Shown: piece after piece, positions 28,611-39,576 of the stretch
Position numbering within the stretch: position 1 is the first letter of the stretch
How the letters are laid out: the number at the start of each line of letters is the position of its first letter
NCBI GenBank assembly: GCA_963698315.1
Contig: CAVOQH010000002.1
Coordinates: 837,711 to 901,710, forward strand
Length of the DNA: 64,000 nucleotides
Source: an uncultured Actinomycetota bacterium
GTDB taxonomy: Bacteria; Actinomycetota; Actinomycetes; Propionibacteriales; Nocardioidaceae
Reading direction: 5' to 3'
Notes under the pieces: generated by a model
What the model saw: only the letters and a program-made list of their open reading frames with translations
Told to the model about the DNA's origin: nothing
Database searches by the model: none
Position numbers and translations under genes: made by a program

Positions 28611-31309
28611 TCAGCCTCCGGGGTGGGGGTCGTCAGTGCTGGGTACGGCGTTCCGGCCACGCGAGACTCCGGCCGCATGGGCCGCGAGCCGGGCCCGTAC
28701 CGCTTCGGGGTCGCGCGCCACGTGGTTCGTCGGCTTGCTCACGCCACCCGGCACCAGCGAGGCGCCGGGCCGGCGCAGGGGCAGCCCGGAGGCGGTCACT
28801 GCCGGAGCGGCCGGCGCAACGCTGACGCGCTCGGCCTGCTCCCAGCCGGCCTCGACCTCGCTCGAGGTCCACGGCTGGGCCGCGCCACCGCTGCTGAGCC
28901 AGGCCGAGCGCATCAGCCGGAAGATCGGGGTGTCACCCTCGGCGTCGTCGGCGGTGCCGTGCACCAGCTCCAGTGGTGCCCCGAGCGGGTCGAGCACGTC
29001 CACAGGTCGGGGCTCCTCGGCCCTCGCGGTGGGGGCGGCGTCGACCAGCCGGTCTGCATCTGCCGGCTCGGCTCCGGCTCCGGCTCGGGCTCGGGCTCCG
29101 GCTCGGGCTCCGGCTCGGGCTCCGCCGCCTCGACGATCTCGGGGACCTCCCGCAGCCGGTGGTCCTCGGGGGGCTCGATCGGGTCGAGGGCGGTGGGTCG
29201 GCGTGGCAGGTCGGGGAGCTCCGGTGCCTGCGGCAGGTGCGGCAGGGTCGCCCCCGGCACCCGGGACGGCAGGCCGAGCACGGAGTTGATGAGGGTGGCC
29301 ACGGTCGGTGGGGCCGGTGCCTCCGCCTGCGCGAGCGAGACCGTCTCGAGTCGGCGCTCCTGCTCGGCGTCGGGGACCGTGTCCACCGAGCGCGAAGGCG
29401 CTGCCGGTGCGGGCTCGACCGGCGCGGGCTCGGACGGTAGGGCGGTCGACTCCGCAGGCACCGGTTCCGGGACCACCGGCAACGACCGGGACTGCAGGAG
29501 GTCGGGCAGGATGTCGACGGGCAGCAGGACCCGCGCCGTCGTCCCGCCACCCTGGCCGCGCCGCAGCTCCACGGAGATGCCGTGCCGCCGGGCCAGCCGG
29601 CTCACCACGAAGAGGCCCATCCGGCGAGCGGTGTCGGGCGTGACCTCGCCTCCGGCCCGCAGACGCTGGTTGAGCGCCTCCAGCTCGTCGTCCGGGATGC
29701 CGAGACCGGCGTCGCTGACGTCGAGGACCACGCCGCCCTGGCCGGCGGTCGCATCCATCAGCACGGACGTCGTGGGCGCGGAGTAGGCGAGCGCGTTGTC
29801 CACCAGCTCGGTCAGGAGGTGCACGACGTCGGCCGCCGCCTGGGGGCTGAGCCGCATCCGCAGGTCGGTGCCGACCCGGACGCGGCGGTAGTCCTGGACG
29901 CCGGCCGTCGCGGCCTGCATGGCCTCACCGACCGTGAGCCCCTCCTGCACAGCCGGGGACGGTGCGTCGGCCAGGATCAGCAGGCTGTCGGCGGTACGGC
30001 GCATCCGCGAGGCGAGGTGGTCGAGCCGGAACAGGCTCTCGAGCCGCGCCGGGTCCTCCTCGTCCTTCTCGAGCGAGTCGATGAGGCCCAGCTGCTGGTT
30101 CACCAGGGCGGTGTTGCGTCGCGACAGCGTCACGAACATCTGACTGACCTGGGTACGCAGGCCGGCCTCGCCCGCCGCCAGCACGACCGCCTGCCGGTGC
30201 AGGTCGTCGACCGCGCGGGCCAGCTGGCCGACCTCTTCCTGCGTCGTGACGTCGATGGGCGTGATGGGGCCGGGCTCGTCGCCGGCCCGGATCCGCGCCA
30301 CGGCCTCAGGCAGCTGGACGTGGGCGACGGCAAGCGCTCCCTCCCGCACGCGGCGGATCGGCTTGAGCAGCAACCGGGAGACCAGCAGCGCCAGGGCGAT
30401 CGCCGACAGGAGTGCGACGAGCGTGACGCCGCCGTTGACCAGCGCGCGGGTGCGTGCCGCCGCGGCCGAGCCCGCGAGCTCCGCGTCGATCCCGTCCATC
30501 AGTGAGCGGATGAGGCGGTCGTAGGCGACGTAGGCCCCACGGCCGCCGAGGTCCGTCCCACCGGTGCGGACGGTCCGGGTGCGGACGGCGTTGTCGATCA
30601 GCAGCTGCAGCACGGCAGGCTCGGCCCGGCCGAAGTCGCCGGCGAGCCGGTCGATCGCGGCGCCCTCGGCGCCGAGCTCGGCGAAGAGCTCCAGGGAACC
30701 GGTCTCGCCGCTGCGCTCGGTCGCGACGAGGGCCTGCTGCATGGAGAGGGAGAACCGGGCCGCGAGCGCCTGCGAGAGCTGCTGGAGCCGCGGCTCCGGG
30801 TTCTGCTGGGCGCCGCTGATCGTGGTGACGAGCCGGGCCACCCCGGTCTGGAGCTGGCGGAGCTGGGCCACCCACGTGCCGGGGCTGAGCGTCTCGCTCT
30901 CCTCACGCAGGGCGCGGCTGAGGTCCAGGACGACGTCGACCTGGCGACCCTGCTCGGCGGTGAGGTCTGCCGACGAGCGGACCCGGGCCATCTCCTCGCC
31001 GGCCGCCTCGAGGTCCGCGATGGCCGCCTCGAGGTCCGCGGCCGAGGCCCGCGTGTCGGCCTGGGCCGCGACCATCGCGCGGGACGCAGCGGTGAGGTAG
31101 TCGACGGCGGGCCGCAGCACCGTGACCTGGCGGGCACCGGCCGAGGAGCCGGCCGCCTCGTCCAGGTCGCCGGCGACCCGCAGGCCGCCGAGCGTCGCGG
31201 CCAGCACGAGGGGGACCGCGAGGGCGAGGGCGACCTTGCGGCGCAACGGCCACGAGGACAGGGCGAACCGGGAGCGGCCTGCTTCGCGGATCGCGGGCTT
31301 CTCACTCAT
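28611..31309 (-). CDS. Conservon membrane sensor (CvnA-like; HAMP + HATPase); apparent frameshift near 29010-29060
   Basis: Two TMs, HAMP, LFRLDHLASRMRR, ELVDNA, DAGLG, GLFVVSRLA; conserved tail TASGLPLRRPGASLVPG...RDPEAVRARL in ORF 28611..29003. Confidence 0.88.
29064..29123 (-). repeat. 6-bp tandem repeat encoding a (Glu-Pro)n linker
   Basis: About 9-10 GAGCCS units. Confidence 0.85.
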
Positions 31310-31461
31310 CGTGCTCCCCGGGGTGGTCGATGACGGCCGCGCGAAGCGCGCGGCACACGCCTACGAGGCTCATCGACAGAAGTGAGCGATGCCTGAAGCG
31401 TGTCGCCGACAAATCTTGGTAAAGACTTGCTAGAGTCGGCCGGTCGTCGCCGACGCCCGGG

Positions 31462-31818
31462 TCAGTCCATGCAGAGGCAGAACGGGTGCCCGGCCGGGTC
31501 GAGGAAGACCCGGAAGGACGTGCCGGGCTGGTGGTCGTGCTTGGTCGCGCCGAGCTCGAGCACCGCCGCCTCGCCGGCGTCGAGGTCGTCGACGACCACG
31601 TCGAGGTGCATCTGCTGGGGCACGTCCTGGGCGGGCCACACGGGCGGGCGGTAGTCCTGCACCTGCTGGAAGGAGATGCACTGCCCGTAGTCCGCGCGGA
31701 CCTCGGCCCAGTCGGAGGAGATGTCGACCTTCCAGTCGAGCATCGCGCCGTAGAACGTCGCGAGCGCGGCGGGATCGGGGCAGTCGAGGACGATGCTGGG
31801 GAACCGTGCGATGGCCAT
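31462..31818 (-). CDS. VOC/glyoxalase-like protein
   Basis: VLDCPDPAALATFY, QQMHLD, DPAGHPFC. Confidence 0.9.
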   Translation of the reverse strand: MAIARFPSIVLDCPDPAALATFYGAMLDWKVDISSDWAEVRADYGQCISFQQVQDYRPPVWPAQDVPQQMHLDVVVDDLDAGEAAVLELGATKHDHQPGTSFRVFLDPAGHPFCLCMD

Positions 31819-32002
31819 GCCCGGAACCGTACGCCGTGTTGCGGACGGTCTGCGTCCGGATGTGCGCGAGCCCGGACTCATCCCGCGCGGGGGATCCCGG
31901 CCCCGGGCCGAGGTGGTGGAGTCGGGGGACAGCCGCCCACGGTGAGCCGCGCCGTGGTCCGCCGTGAGGCGGGCGCTGTCACGAGCCGAGAGGACCTGCA
32001 CG

Positions 32003-32500
32003 ATGACGAACCCCGATGGTGTCTTCCTTTTCATCGCCACCTACCCCGACGAGGTCGCCGCCCAGGCCGACTACGACATCGTCAAGGCGCTGCACGAGGC
32101 CGAGGCGATCGGTCACTTCGACGCGGCCGTCGTGACCAAGGACGAGAAGGGCAAGATCCACGTCAACAAGGACGAGACCACGACCCGCAAGGGCGCCTGG
32201 ACCGGCATCGCCGCCGGTGCCGTGCTCGGCCTGCTGTTCCCGCCGTCGATCCTGGGGTCCGCCGCGGTGCTCGGCGCAGCCGGAGGCTTCGCCGGCCACC
32301 TGTTCGGCGGGCTCTCCCGCAAGGACGTCAAGGAGCTCGGCGAGTTCATCGACGACGGCCAGGCCGCACTGCTGGTCATCGGCGACATCACGGTCAGCAA
32401 GGCGCTGGAGAAGGCCGAGCTGCACGCCGAGAAGGAGATGAGCAAGCAGGTCGACATCGACACCAAGGCGCTCGACGGCGAGCTGAGCAAGGCCTCCTGA
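32003..32500 (+). CDS. DUF1269-like membrane-associated protein
   Basis: DAAVVTKDEKGKIHV; glycine-zipper GAWTGIAAGAVLGLLF; GAGAGG SD. Confidence 0.75.
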   Translation: MTNPDGVFLFIATYPDEVAAQADYDIVKALHEAEAIGHFDAAVVTKDEKGKIHVNKDETTTRKGAWTGIAAGAVLGLLFPPSILGSAAVLGAAGGFAGHLFGGLSRKDVKELGEFIDDGQAALLVIGDITVSKALEKAELHAEKEMSKQVDIDTKALDGELSKAS

Positions 32501-32606
32501 CCGGGGCGAACCCCGCTGCGGCGGGTGAGAGTTGGGCCGACACGCGCCGAAAAGGTGCGAACCACCGCGGTCATGACGGAGACTCTTTACTTTCCGTCCA
32601 ATCCTC

Positions 32607-33917
32607 ATGGGGGAGATCGTGGTGCGCCGATCCTCAGCAGTCCCGGCGGGCAAGAAGCTCGCTGCCGCCGGACTGGTGTCCTTGTTCGTCCTGCTCGCCA
32701 CGGGCGGCCCGGTCAGCGGTGAGGACGTCCCGCTGCCGCTGGGCGCCTCCGACCTGCCGGAGACCCGCACCGTCCAGGAGCTCGCGCCGGGCGTCAGCCT
32801 GACGCGGATCAGCCGCGGCACCGGCACGGCCGCCCCGAAGGACTACCAGACCACCAAGCGCGGCCCCTGGCAGGTCCAGGTCGTCACGATCGACCCCACC
32901 GTCGCGGCCGGCCACCTGCGCTCGTCGTACGGCACCGACCTGGCCGGCACCGAGCCGGTGAGCCAGATCGCCGCGCTCACCGGGGCGATGGCCGCGGTCA
33001 ACGCGTCCTACTTCACCTTCACCGCGAGCAGCTCGGCGCCCGGCGACCCGGTGGGCCTCGGGATGTACGACGGCACGCTGATCAGCGAGCCGAGCTCGGG
33101 CACCGCGGAGGTCTCGATGCTCGTCGACGCGCGCACCAACCAGGTCAGCTTCCCCGGCAAGCTCTCGTGGTGGGGCCGGATGACCAACACGGTGAAGAAC
33201 AAGGGCGTCAAGCTCGACGCCCTCGGCCACCCGCCGTTCGTGCCGCCGGGCTGCGAGGACCTGAAGAAGCCGGTCAAGTGCAAGCAGACCGGGCAGGTGG
33301 TGCTGCTCACCCCGCACTTCGCCTCGAAGACCCCGAGCGGGGCCGGCGTCGAGGTGGTCCTCAACCGCAAGGGCTGCGTGTACAGCAAGGAGAAGGAGCG
33401 CGGCACCAAGCTCAAGCCGCGTCAGACCTCGATCCAGGCCACCGGCCGCAAGACCCTCCGCCTGCTCAAGATCGCCAAGCTGGACCACTCCAAGGGCTGC
33501 TTCGAGCGCACCGAGTCGCTCACCGACAGCACGGACACCCCGGTGCCGACCGGCCCCTGGATGTACGGCGTCAACGGCCGGTTCGCGCTGACCCGTGCGG
33601 GCGTGGCCGTCGTGCCCAACGGCCAGACCTCGCTGTTCGAGCGGCACCCGCGCACGTTCGTGGGCCGCACCAGCGCCGGGCAGATCCGGATCGTCACCAT
33701 CGACGGCCGCCAGCCGACCAGTGTCGGTGTCCGGCTGCGTGAGGCGGCGCAGGTGGCGCTCGCCCTCGACATGCCCGACGCGATCAACCTCGACGGCGGC
33801 GGCTCGACGACCATGGTCGTCAACGGTGCGCTCGCCAACAGCCCCAGCGGCGGGCGCGAGCGGGCGGTCGGTGACGGGCTCGTCTACGTGCCGACGCCGT
33901 ACGTCCGGAAGCGCTAG
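32607..33917 (+). CDS. Secreted phosphodiester glycosidase (NAGPA-like)
   Basis: Signal peptide; AVNASYF, RHPRT, TIDGR, NLDGGGST. Confidence 0.85.
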   Translation: MGEIVVRRSSAVPAGKKLAAAGLVSLFVLLATGGPVSGEDVPLPLGASDLPETRTVQELAPGVSLTRISRGTGTAAPKDYQTTKRGPWQVQVVTIDPTVAAGHLRSSYGTDLAGTEPVSQIAALTGAMAAVNASYFTFTASSSAPGDPVGLGMYDGTLISEPSSGTAEVSMLVDARTNQVSFPGKLSWWGRMTNTVKNKGVKLDALGHPPFVPPGCEDLKKPVKCKQTGQVVLLTPHFASKTPSGAGVEVVLNRKGCVYSKEKERGTKLKPRQTSIQATGRKTLRLLKIAKLDHSKGCFERTESLTDSTDTPVPTGPWMYGVNGRFALTRAGVAVVPNGQTSLFERHPRTFVGRTSAGQIRIVTIDGRQPTSVGVRLREAAQVALALDMPDAINLDGGGSTTMVVNGALANSPSGGRERAVGDGLVYVPTPYVRKR

Positions 33918-33975
33918 CCGGGCCGGTCCGTCCGCGCCCCTGACGCGGGCGGCCCCGCCGTGCGAGCATCGGGGC

Positions 33976-35418
33976 ATGCGCGAGGTCGAGGTCGACGCGG
34001 TGCCGCTCGACCGGCTCGCCGTGCTCGTCGACGCCGAGCGCGCCGTGCGGATCGGGCGCTACGCCGAACGGGCCCGCACGATGCTCCACGGCCGCACCGT
34101 CTGGAACGTCAACGCGACCGCCCAGGGTGGCGGCGTCGCCGAGATGCTGCACGCCCTGCTCGCCTACGGCCGCGGCGTCGGGGTCGACACCCGGTGGCTG
34201 GTGCTGGACGGGACGCCGGACTTCTTCCGGCTGACCAAGCGGCTGCACAACCTGCTGCACGGCAGCGCAGGTGACGGCGGTCCGATCGGCGACGTGGAGC
34301 GGGCGGTCTACGACAGCGTCCTGGGCGTCAACCTGGTGCAGCTGCGGACCTTCGTGCGGCCGGGCGACATCGTGCTGCTGCACGACCCGCAGACCGTCGG
34401 GCTCGTGGCCGGTCTGCGCGAGGTCGGTGCGCACGTGGCCTGGCGCTGCCACGTCGGACGGGACGAGACCAACCTGCACACCGACGCGGCATGGGCCTTC
34501 CTGCGCCCCTACGTCGAGCAGGCCGATGCGACCGTCTTCTCCCGCCGTGCCTTCGCCCCCGCCTGGACGGACCCCACCGGGGTCTGGGTGATCCCGCCCT
34601 CGCTGGACCCGTTCACCGCCAAGAACGCAGAGCTCGCCCTCCCCGAGGTCGAGGCCGCGCTGCGGCTCACCGGGATCCTCGGCGACGGCGACGGTCAGGA
34701 CGACCTGGCGTTCGTGCGCCGGCACGGCGCCCGGGGCGTCGTCCGCGCGCACGCGAACCTCATGGGCGCCGGGGGCCCCGTCCCCCCGGATGCGCGGGTG
34801 GTCCTCCAGGTCAGCCGGTGGGACCGGCTCAAGGACATGGCCGGCGTGCTCACCGCGTTCGCCACCCACCTGCCGCGGCTCCCCGCCGACGTGCACCTGC
34901 TGCTGGTCGGCCCGGACGTCAGCGGGGTCAGCGACGACCCCGAGGGCGCCCTGGTGCTCGCGGAGTGCGAAGAGCTCTGGGCGGCGCAGGACGAGGAGAC
35001 GCAGGCCCGCATCCACCTGTGCAGCCTGCCGATGGACGACATCGACGAGAACGCCCACCTGGTCAACGCGCTCCAGCGCCACGCGACCGTGGTGGTGCAG
35101 AAGAGCCTGGAGGAGGGGTTCGGCCTCACCGTGACCGAGCCGATGTGGAAGGCCAAGCCGGTCGTGGCCTCGTCCGTGGGTGGCATCCAGGACCAGATCG
35201 TCGACGGCGAGAGCGGGCTGCTGCTCGAGGACCCGACCGACCTCGACGCGTTCGTCACCCGGCTGCTGGAGGTGCTCGAGGACGAGGAGCTCGGCGTCCT
35301 GCTGGGCACGGCCGCGCGCGCCCGGGTGCGCGACCGGTTCCTCGGTGACCGGCACCTGATCCAGTACGTCGACCTCTTCGCCGCCCTGCTGGGCGTCCCG
35401 CCCGACCCGGTCGCCTAG
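33976..35418 (+). CDS. GT4 glycosyltransferase, TreT-like trehalose synthase
   Basis: NATAQGGGVAEML, TKRLHNLLHG, HDPQ, WRCH, QVSRWDRLKD, QKSLEEGFGLTVTE. Confidence 0.82.
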   Translation: MREVEVDAVPLDRLAVLVDAERAVRIGRYAERARTMLHGRTVWNVNATAQGGGVAEMLHALLAYGRGVGVDTRWLVLDGTPDFFRLTKRLHNLLHGSAGDGGPIGDVERAVYDSVLGVNLVQLRTFVRPGDIVLLHDPQTVGLVAGLREVGAHVAWRCHVGRDETNLHTDAAWAFLRPYVEQADATVFSRRAFAPAWTDPTGVWVIPPSLDPFTAKNAELALPEVEAALRLTGILGDGDGQDDLAFVRRHGARGVVRAHANLMGAGGPVPPDARVVLQVSRWDRLKDMAGVLTAFATHLPRLPADVHLLLVGPDVSGVSDDPEGALVLAECEELWAAQDEETQARIHLCSLPMDDIDENAHLVNALQRHATVVVQKSLEEGFGLTVTEPMWKAKPVVASSVGGIQDQIVDGESGLLLEDPTDLDAFVTRLLEVLEDEELGVLLGTAARARVRDRFLGDRHLIQYVDLFAALLGVPPDPVA

Positions 35419-35483
35419 CGCCCGCCCCGCCGTACCCGTCGGCCGGCGCCGGGGGAGGGGCGTCTCAGTCTGTGTGTCGCGAT

Positions 35484-35526
35484 TCGACATCTCATGTATG
35501 TGTAGTAATTTAGGTGACTTAAGTTA
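35484..35526 (+). promoter_or_regulatory. AT-rich promoter/operator of the sulfonate ABC operon
   Basis: TCGACA-N16-TAATTT within a conspicuously AT-rich patch. Confidence 0.45.
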
Positions 35527-35550
35527 GAACCCCACCCGAGGAGTCACCCC

Positions 35551-36621
35551 ATGCCATCCCCTGGAACCCCGGCCCGACGCCGCCCCCGCGGCCTGCGCGT
35601 CCTGACCGTGTCCGCCGCCCTCGCGTCCGCCGTGGCGCTGGCCGGCTGCGGCGCGGAGGAGCAGGGACCGCGCCTGGCGCTGAGCGCAGCCGTGCCCGAC
35701 GAGGTGCCCGAGGGCACGGTGCTGCGCGTCGGCGACCCCGCCACCCAGACCGCGCTCGAGCTGTCCGGCCTCGACGAGGAGCTCGACATCGACGTGGAGT
35801 GGGCCAACATCAGCGGCGGCCCCAAGACACTGGAGGCCTTCCGTGCCGACGCCATCGACGTCGGGGGCGTTGCCGACATCCCACCGCTGTTCGCGCAGTG
35901 GACCGGCACCGACGTGAAGATCGTGGCCGCCCGCGAGACCGCCGACCCGCTCGACCACCCGACCTACGAGCTCGGCGTCGCCCCGGGGGCCGACGTGAAG
36001 AGCCTCGAGGACCTGGCCGGCAAGCGGATCGCCTACAGCCCGGGCCAGGCGCAGGGCGCGCTCGTGCTCCGCGTGCTCGCCGAGGCCGGCCTCACCCAGG
36101 ACGACGTGGAGCTCGTCGAGATGACCAGCGTGGACGACTCCTACGTCAACGCGCTGGCCAGCAACCAGGTCGACGTCGCGCCGCTCGGCCAGACCCTGGT
36201 CAAGGTCTTCCTCGCGAAGTACGAGCGCGACGGCGGCTCCACCCTCTCCCCCGGCGTGCGCGACGACGCCTGGACGCTCTACGCCCCGACCGAGACCGTC
36301 GAGGACGCCGGCAAGGCCGCCGCGCTCAAGGAGTACGTCGGCGCGTGGGCGCGCGCCCAGGAGTGGATCTCGGAGCACCCCGACGAGTTCGCCCAGGGCT
36401 ACTACGTCGACCACGAGGGGCTCTCGCCCGAGGACGCCGCCTTCGTCGTGAAGACCCTCGGCACCTACGAGGTCCCGACCAGCTGGGACGACTTCATCGC
36501 CCGGCACCAGGAGACCGCCGACCTGCTGGTCGAGGAGCAGGACCAGCAGCCCCTCGACGTGGAGACGCTCTACGACCGTCGCTACGAGGAGGCCATCGCC
36601 GCCGCCCTGGAGGACTCGTGA
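35551..36621 (+). CDS. SsuA/TauA-like ABC substrate-binding lipoprotein
   Basis: Lipobox LAGC; SGGPKTLEAFRADAIDVG; DLAGKRIAYSPG. Confidence 0.85.
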   Translation: MPSPGTPARRRPRGLRVLTVSAALASAVALAGCGAEEQGPRLALSAAVPDEVPEGTVLRVGDPATQTALELSGLDEELDIDVEWANISGGPKTLEAFRADAIDVGGVADIPPLFAQWTGTDVKIVAARETADPLDHPTYELGVAPGADVKSLEDLAGKRIAYSPGQAQGALVLRVLAEAGLTQDDVELVEMTSVDDSYVNALASNQVDVAPLGQTLVKVFLAKYERDGGSTLSPGVRDDAWTLYAPTETVEDAGKAAALKEYVGAWARAQEWISEHPDEFAQGYYVDHEGLSPEDAAFVVKTLGTYEVPTSWDDFIARHQETADLLVEEQDQQPLDVETLYDRRYEEAIAAALEDS

Positions 36622-37464
36622 GCACCCTCCAGGCATCACGTCCCCGCACCCCGCTCGCCGGCGACACCGTGGACGACCGCGTCGTACGCCGCCGGCTCGG
36701 CCCGGGTCGCCGGATCCCCCTCGGCCTGCTCATCGGGCCGGTCGCCCTGCTGGCCGCGTGGTTCGCCGGGTCCGCCTCCGGCGTCCTGGACCCGCGCACG
36801 CTCTCGGCGCCCTGGACCGTCGTGTCCACGGCCGCCGGCCTGATCGAGAGCGGCCGGCTCCAGGAGAGCCTGGCGACCTCGGCCGTCCGCGCCGATCCTC
36901 GGCCTCGGCATCGGGGTCGTGCTCGGCACCGCCCTGGCCGTGGTGTCCGGGCTGTCCCGGCTCGGTGAGGCGCTGATCGACGGGCCGGTGCAGGTCAAGC
37001 GCTCGATCCCGACGCTCGCGCTGATCCCGCTGCTGATCCTGTGGCTGGGCATCGGCGAGGAGATGAAGGTCGTCACGATCGCCCTCGGCGTGCTGGTGCC
37101 GGTCTACATCCACACGCACAACGGCCTGCGCAGCATCGAGGGCCGCTACGCCGAGCTCGCCGAGACCGTCGGGGTCGGGCGTGCCGAGTTCGTCCGGCAC
37201 GTCGTGCTCCCGGGTGCGATGCCCGGCTTCCTGCTCGGCCTGCGCTTCGCGGTGACCTCCGCCCTGCTCGCGCTGGTCGTCGTCGAGCAGGTCAACTCCA
37301 CCAGCGGGATCGGCCACATGATCACGCTGGCGTCCAACTACGGCCAGACCGACGTGATCGTCGTCGGCCTCGTCGTCTACGCCGTCCTGGGCCTGGTGGC
37401 CGACGGCTCCGTCCGGCTCATCGAGAGGAAGGCACTGTCATGGCGACGCACGTTGGCCAGCTGA
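36618..37464 (+). CDS. SsuC-like ABC permease; apparent frameshift near 36893
   Basis: IPTLALIPLLILWLGIGE, LPGAMP, EQVNSTSGIG. Confidence 0.85.
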
Positions 37465-38243
37465 GCACGTCGACCGGCGGGACCGCGGTGCGGGTCCGCA
37501 ACCTGCACCGCAGCTTCAACAAGGCAGGCGGGGTGCTCAACGGCCTCGACCTCGAGATCGCCCCGGGCGAGTTCGTCGCCCTGCTGGGCCGCAGCGGCAG
37601 CGGCAAGAGCACGCTGCTGCGGGCCCTCGCCGGACTCGACCGCGACGTCACCGGCCACGGCTCCATCACCGTGCCGGGCAACGTCTCGGTGGTCTTCCAG
37701 GACTCCCGGCTGCTGCCGTGGAAGCGGGTCCTCGACAACGTGGTCCTCGGGCTGCGCGGCCGGGACGCCGAGGCGAAGGGGCTGGAGGCGCTGGCCGAGG
37801 TCGGGCTCGAGGGACGCGAGCGGGCCTGGCCGCACGAGCTCTCCGGCGGCGAGCAGCAGCGCGCCGCCCTGGCCCGCTCCCTCGTCCGGGACCCGCAGCT
37901 GCTGCTCGCCGACGAGCCGTTCGGCGCCCTCGACGCGCTGACCCGGATCCGCATGCACGTGCTGCTGCGCCGGCTCTGCGAGGTGCACCGTCCGGCCGTC
38001 CTGCTGGTGACCCACGACGTCGACGAGGCGATCGTGCTCGCCGACCGGGTGATCGTGCTCGACGACGGCGTCGTACGGCGCGACGTGCCGGTGGAGCTCA
38101 CCGGGCGGCGCTCCCAGGCCGACCCGGAGTTCGCCGCCCTCCGCTCGCAGCTGCTCGCCGAGCTCGGTGTCGAGGACGACGCCGACGCCACGGCCCGGGC
38201 ACGCCACGTCCACCGCACCGTCGACCGAAGGGCGGCCTCATGA
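37440..38243 (+). CDS. SsuB-like ABC ATPase
   Basis: GRSGSGKS, FQDSRLLPW, LSGGE, DEPFGALDALTR. Confidence 0.9.
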   Translation: MATHVGQLSTSTGGTAVRVRNLHRSFNKAGGVLNGLDLEIAPGEFVALLGRSGSGKSTLLRALAGLDRDVTGHGSITVPGNVSVVFQDSRLLPWKRVLDNVVLGLRGRDAEAKGLEALAEVGLEGRERAWPHELSGGEQQRAALARSLVRDPQLLLADEPFGALDALTRIRMHVLLRRLCEVHRPAVLLVTHDVDEAIVLADRVIVLDDGVVRRDVPVELTGRRSQADPEFAALRSQLLAELGVEDDADATARARHVHRTVDRRAAS

Positions 38244-39576
38244 GCCTCCACCTCAACCTGTTCATCTACCCCGGCGGCCACCACGAGGCCGCCTGGCGCC
38301 ACCCGGACTCCGCCCCCGAGCGGGTGCTCGACATCGGCTACTACCAGGACCTCGCCCGCGCGGCCGAGGCGGCGAAGTTCGACGCCGTCTTCTTCGCCGA
38401 CGGGCCGGCCCTGGCCGACAACATCCGCTACGCGTCCCGGTTCCGGCTGGAGCCGTTCACCTGGATGTCGGCCATCGCGGCGGTGACCGAGCGCATCGGC
38501 CTGATCGGGACCGCGTCGACGACCTACTCCGAGCCCTACAACCTGGCCCGGCTGTTCGCGTCGCTCGACCACCTCAGCAAGGGCCGGGCCGGGTGGAACA
38601 TCGTCACCACCGGTGCGCCCAACGCGGCCCAGAACTTCGGGCTCGAGGAGCACCCGGTGCACGCCGACCGCTACGCCCGGGCCGAGGAGTTCGTCGAGGT
38701 CGTCACCAAGCTCTGGGACTCCTGGGAGGACGAGGCGTTCGTCGCCGACCCGGCCAGCGGCGTGTTCGCCGACACCGACCGGATCCACGCGATCGACCAC
38801 GTCGGCCCGCACTTCTCGGTGGCCGGTCCGCTCAACACCGCGCGGTCCCCGCAGGGCCGGCCGGTCTACGTGCAGGCCGGGTCCTCGGAGGACGGGCGGG
38901 CGTTCGCGGCCCACTGGGCGGAGGCGATCTTCACCGCCCACCAGACCCTCGGCAGCGCCCAGGCGTTCTACGCCGACGTGAAGTCCCGGGCCGCGCGGCT
39001 CGGCCGCAACCCCCGGCAGCTCAAGATCCTGCCGGGCATCAGCCCCGTCATCGGGTCGACCACCCGGGAGGCCGAGGAGCTGCACGACGAGCTCAACCAC
39101 CTCACCCAGCCGGCCTACTCCCTCGACGTGCTGCGCCGGCTGACCGGCGCGGACCTGTCGTCGTACGACCTCGACGACCCGTTCCCGCGCGAGGTCGTCG
39201 ACTCCTCGGGGAGCGGGCCGCGAGCAGCCGCTCACAGCTCGTCCTCGACATCGTCGACCGCGAGCAGCCGACGATCCGGCAGCTGATGCACCGGCTGGCC
39301 GGGGCCCGCGGGCACCGGGTGGTGGTCGGTACGCCGGAGCACGTCGCCGACGAGATCCAGACCTGGCACGAAGGCGGCGCCGCCGACGGCTTCAACGTGA
39401 TGCCGCCGTGGCTGACCGGAGGCTTCGAGGTCTTCGTCGAGGAGGTCGTGCCGATCCTGCGCCGGCGCGGGCTGTTCCGCACGGAGTACACAGGAAGCAC
39501 GCTGCGCGAGCACCTCGGCCTGGACCGGCCCGCCAGCCAGTACACCCGCACCGACCTCGAGAAGGAGACGGCATGA
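38240..39576 (+). CDS. NtaA/DszA/SnaA-family flavin-dependent monooxygenase; apparent frameshift near 39212
   Basis: GHHEAAWRHP, SLDHLSKGRAGWNIVT, WDSWEDEA, QAGSS, LFRTEYTGSTLREHLGL. Confidence 0.88.

Noticed and set aside
21756-31460. Intact prophage or ICE after ychF
   Set aside because: No integrase, relaxase, phage structural or transposase genes, and no second att copy found
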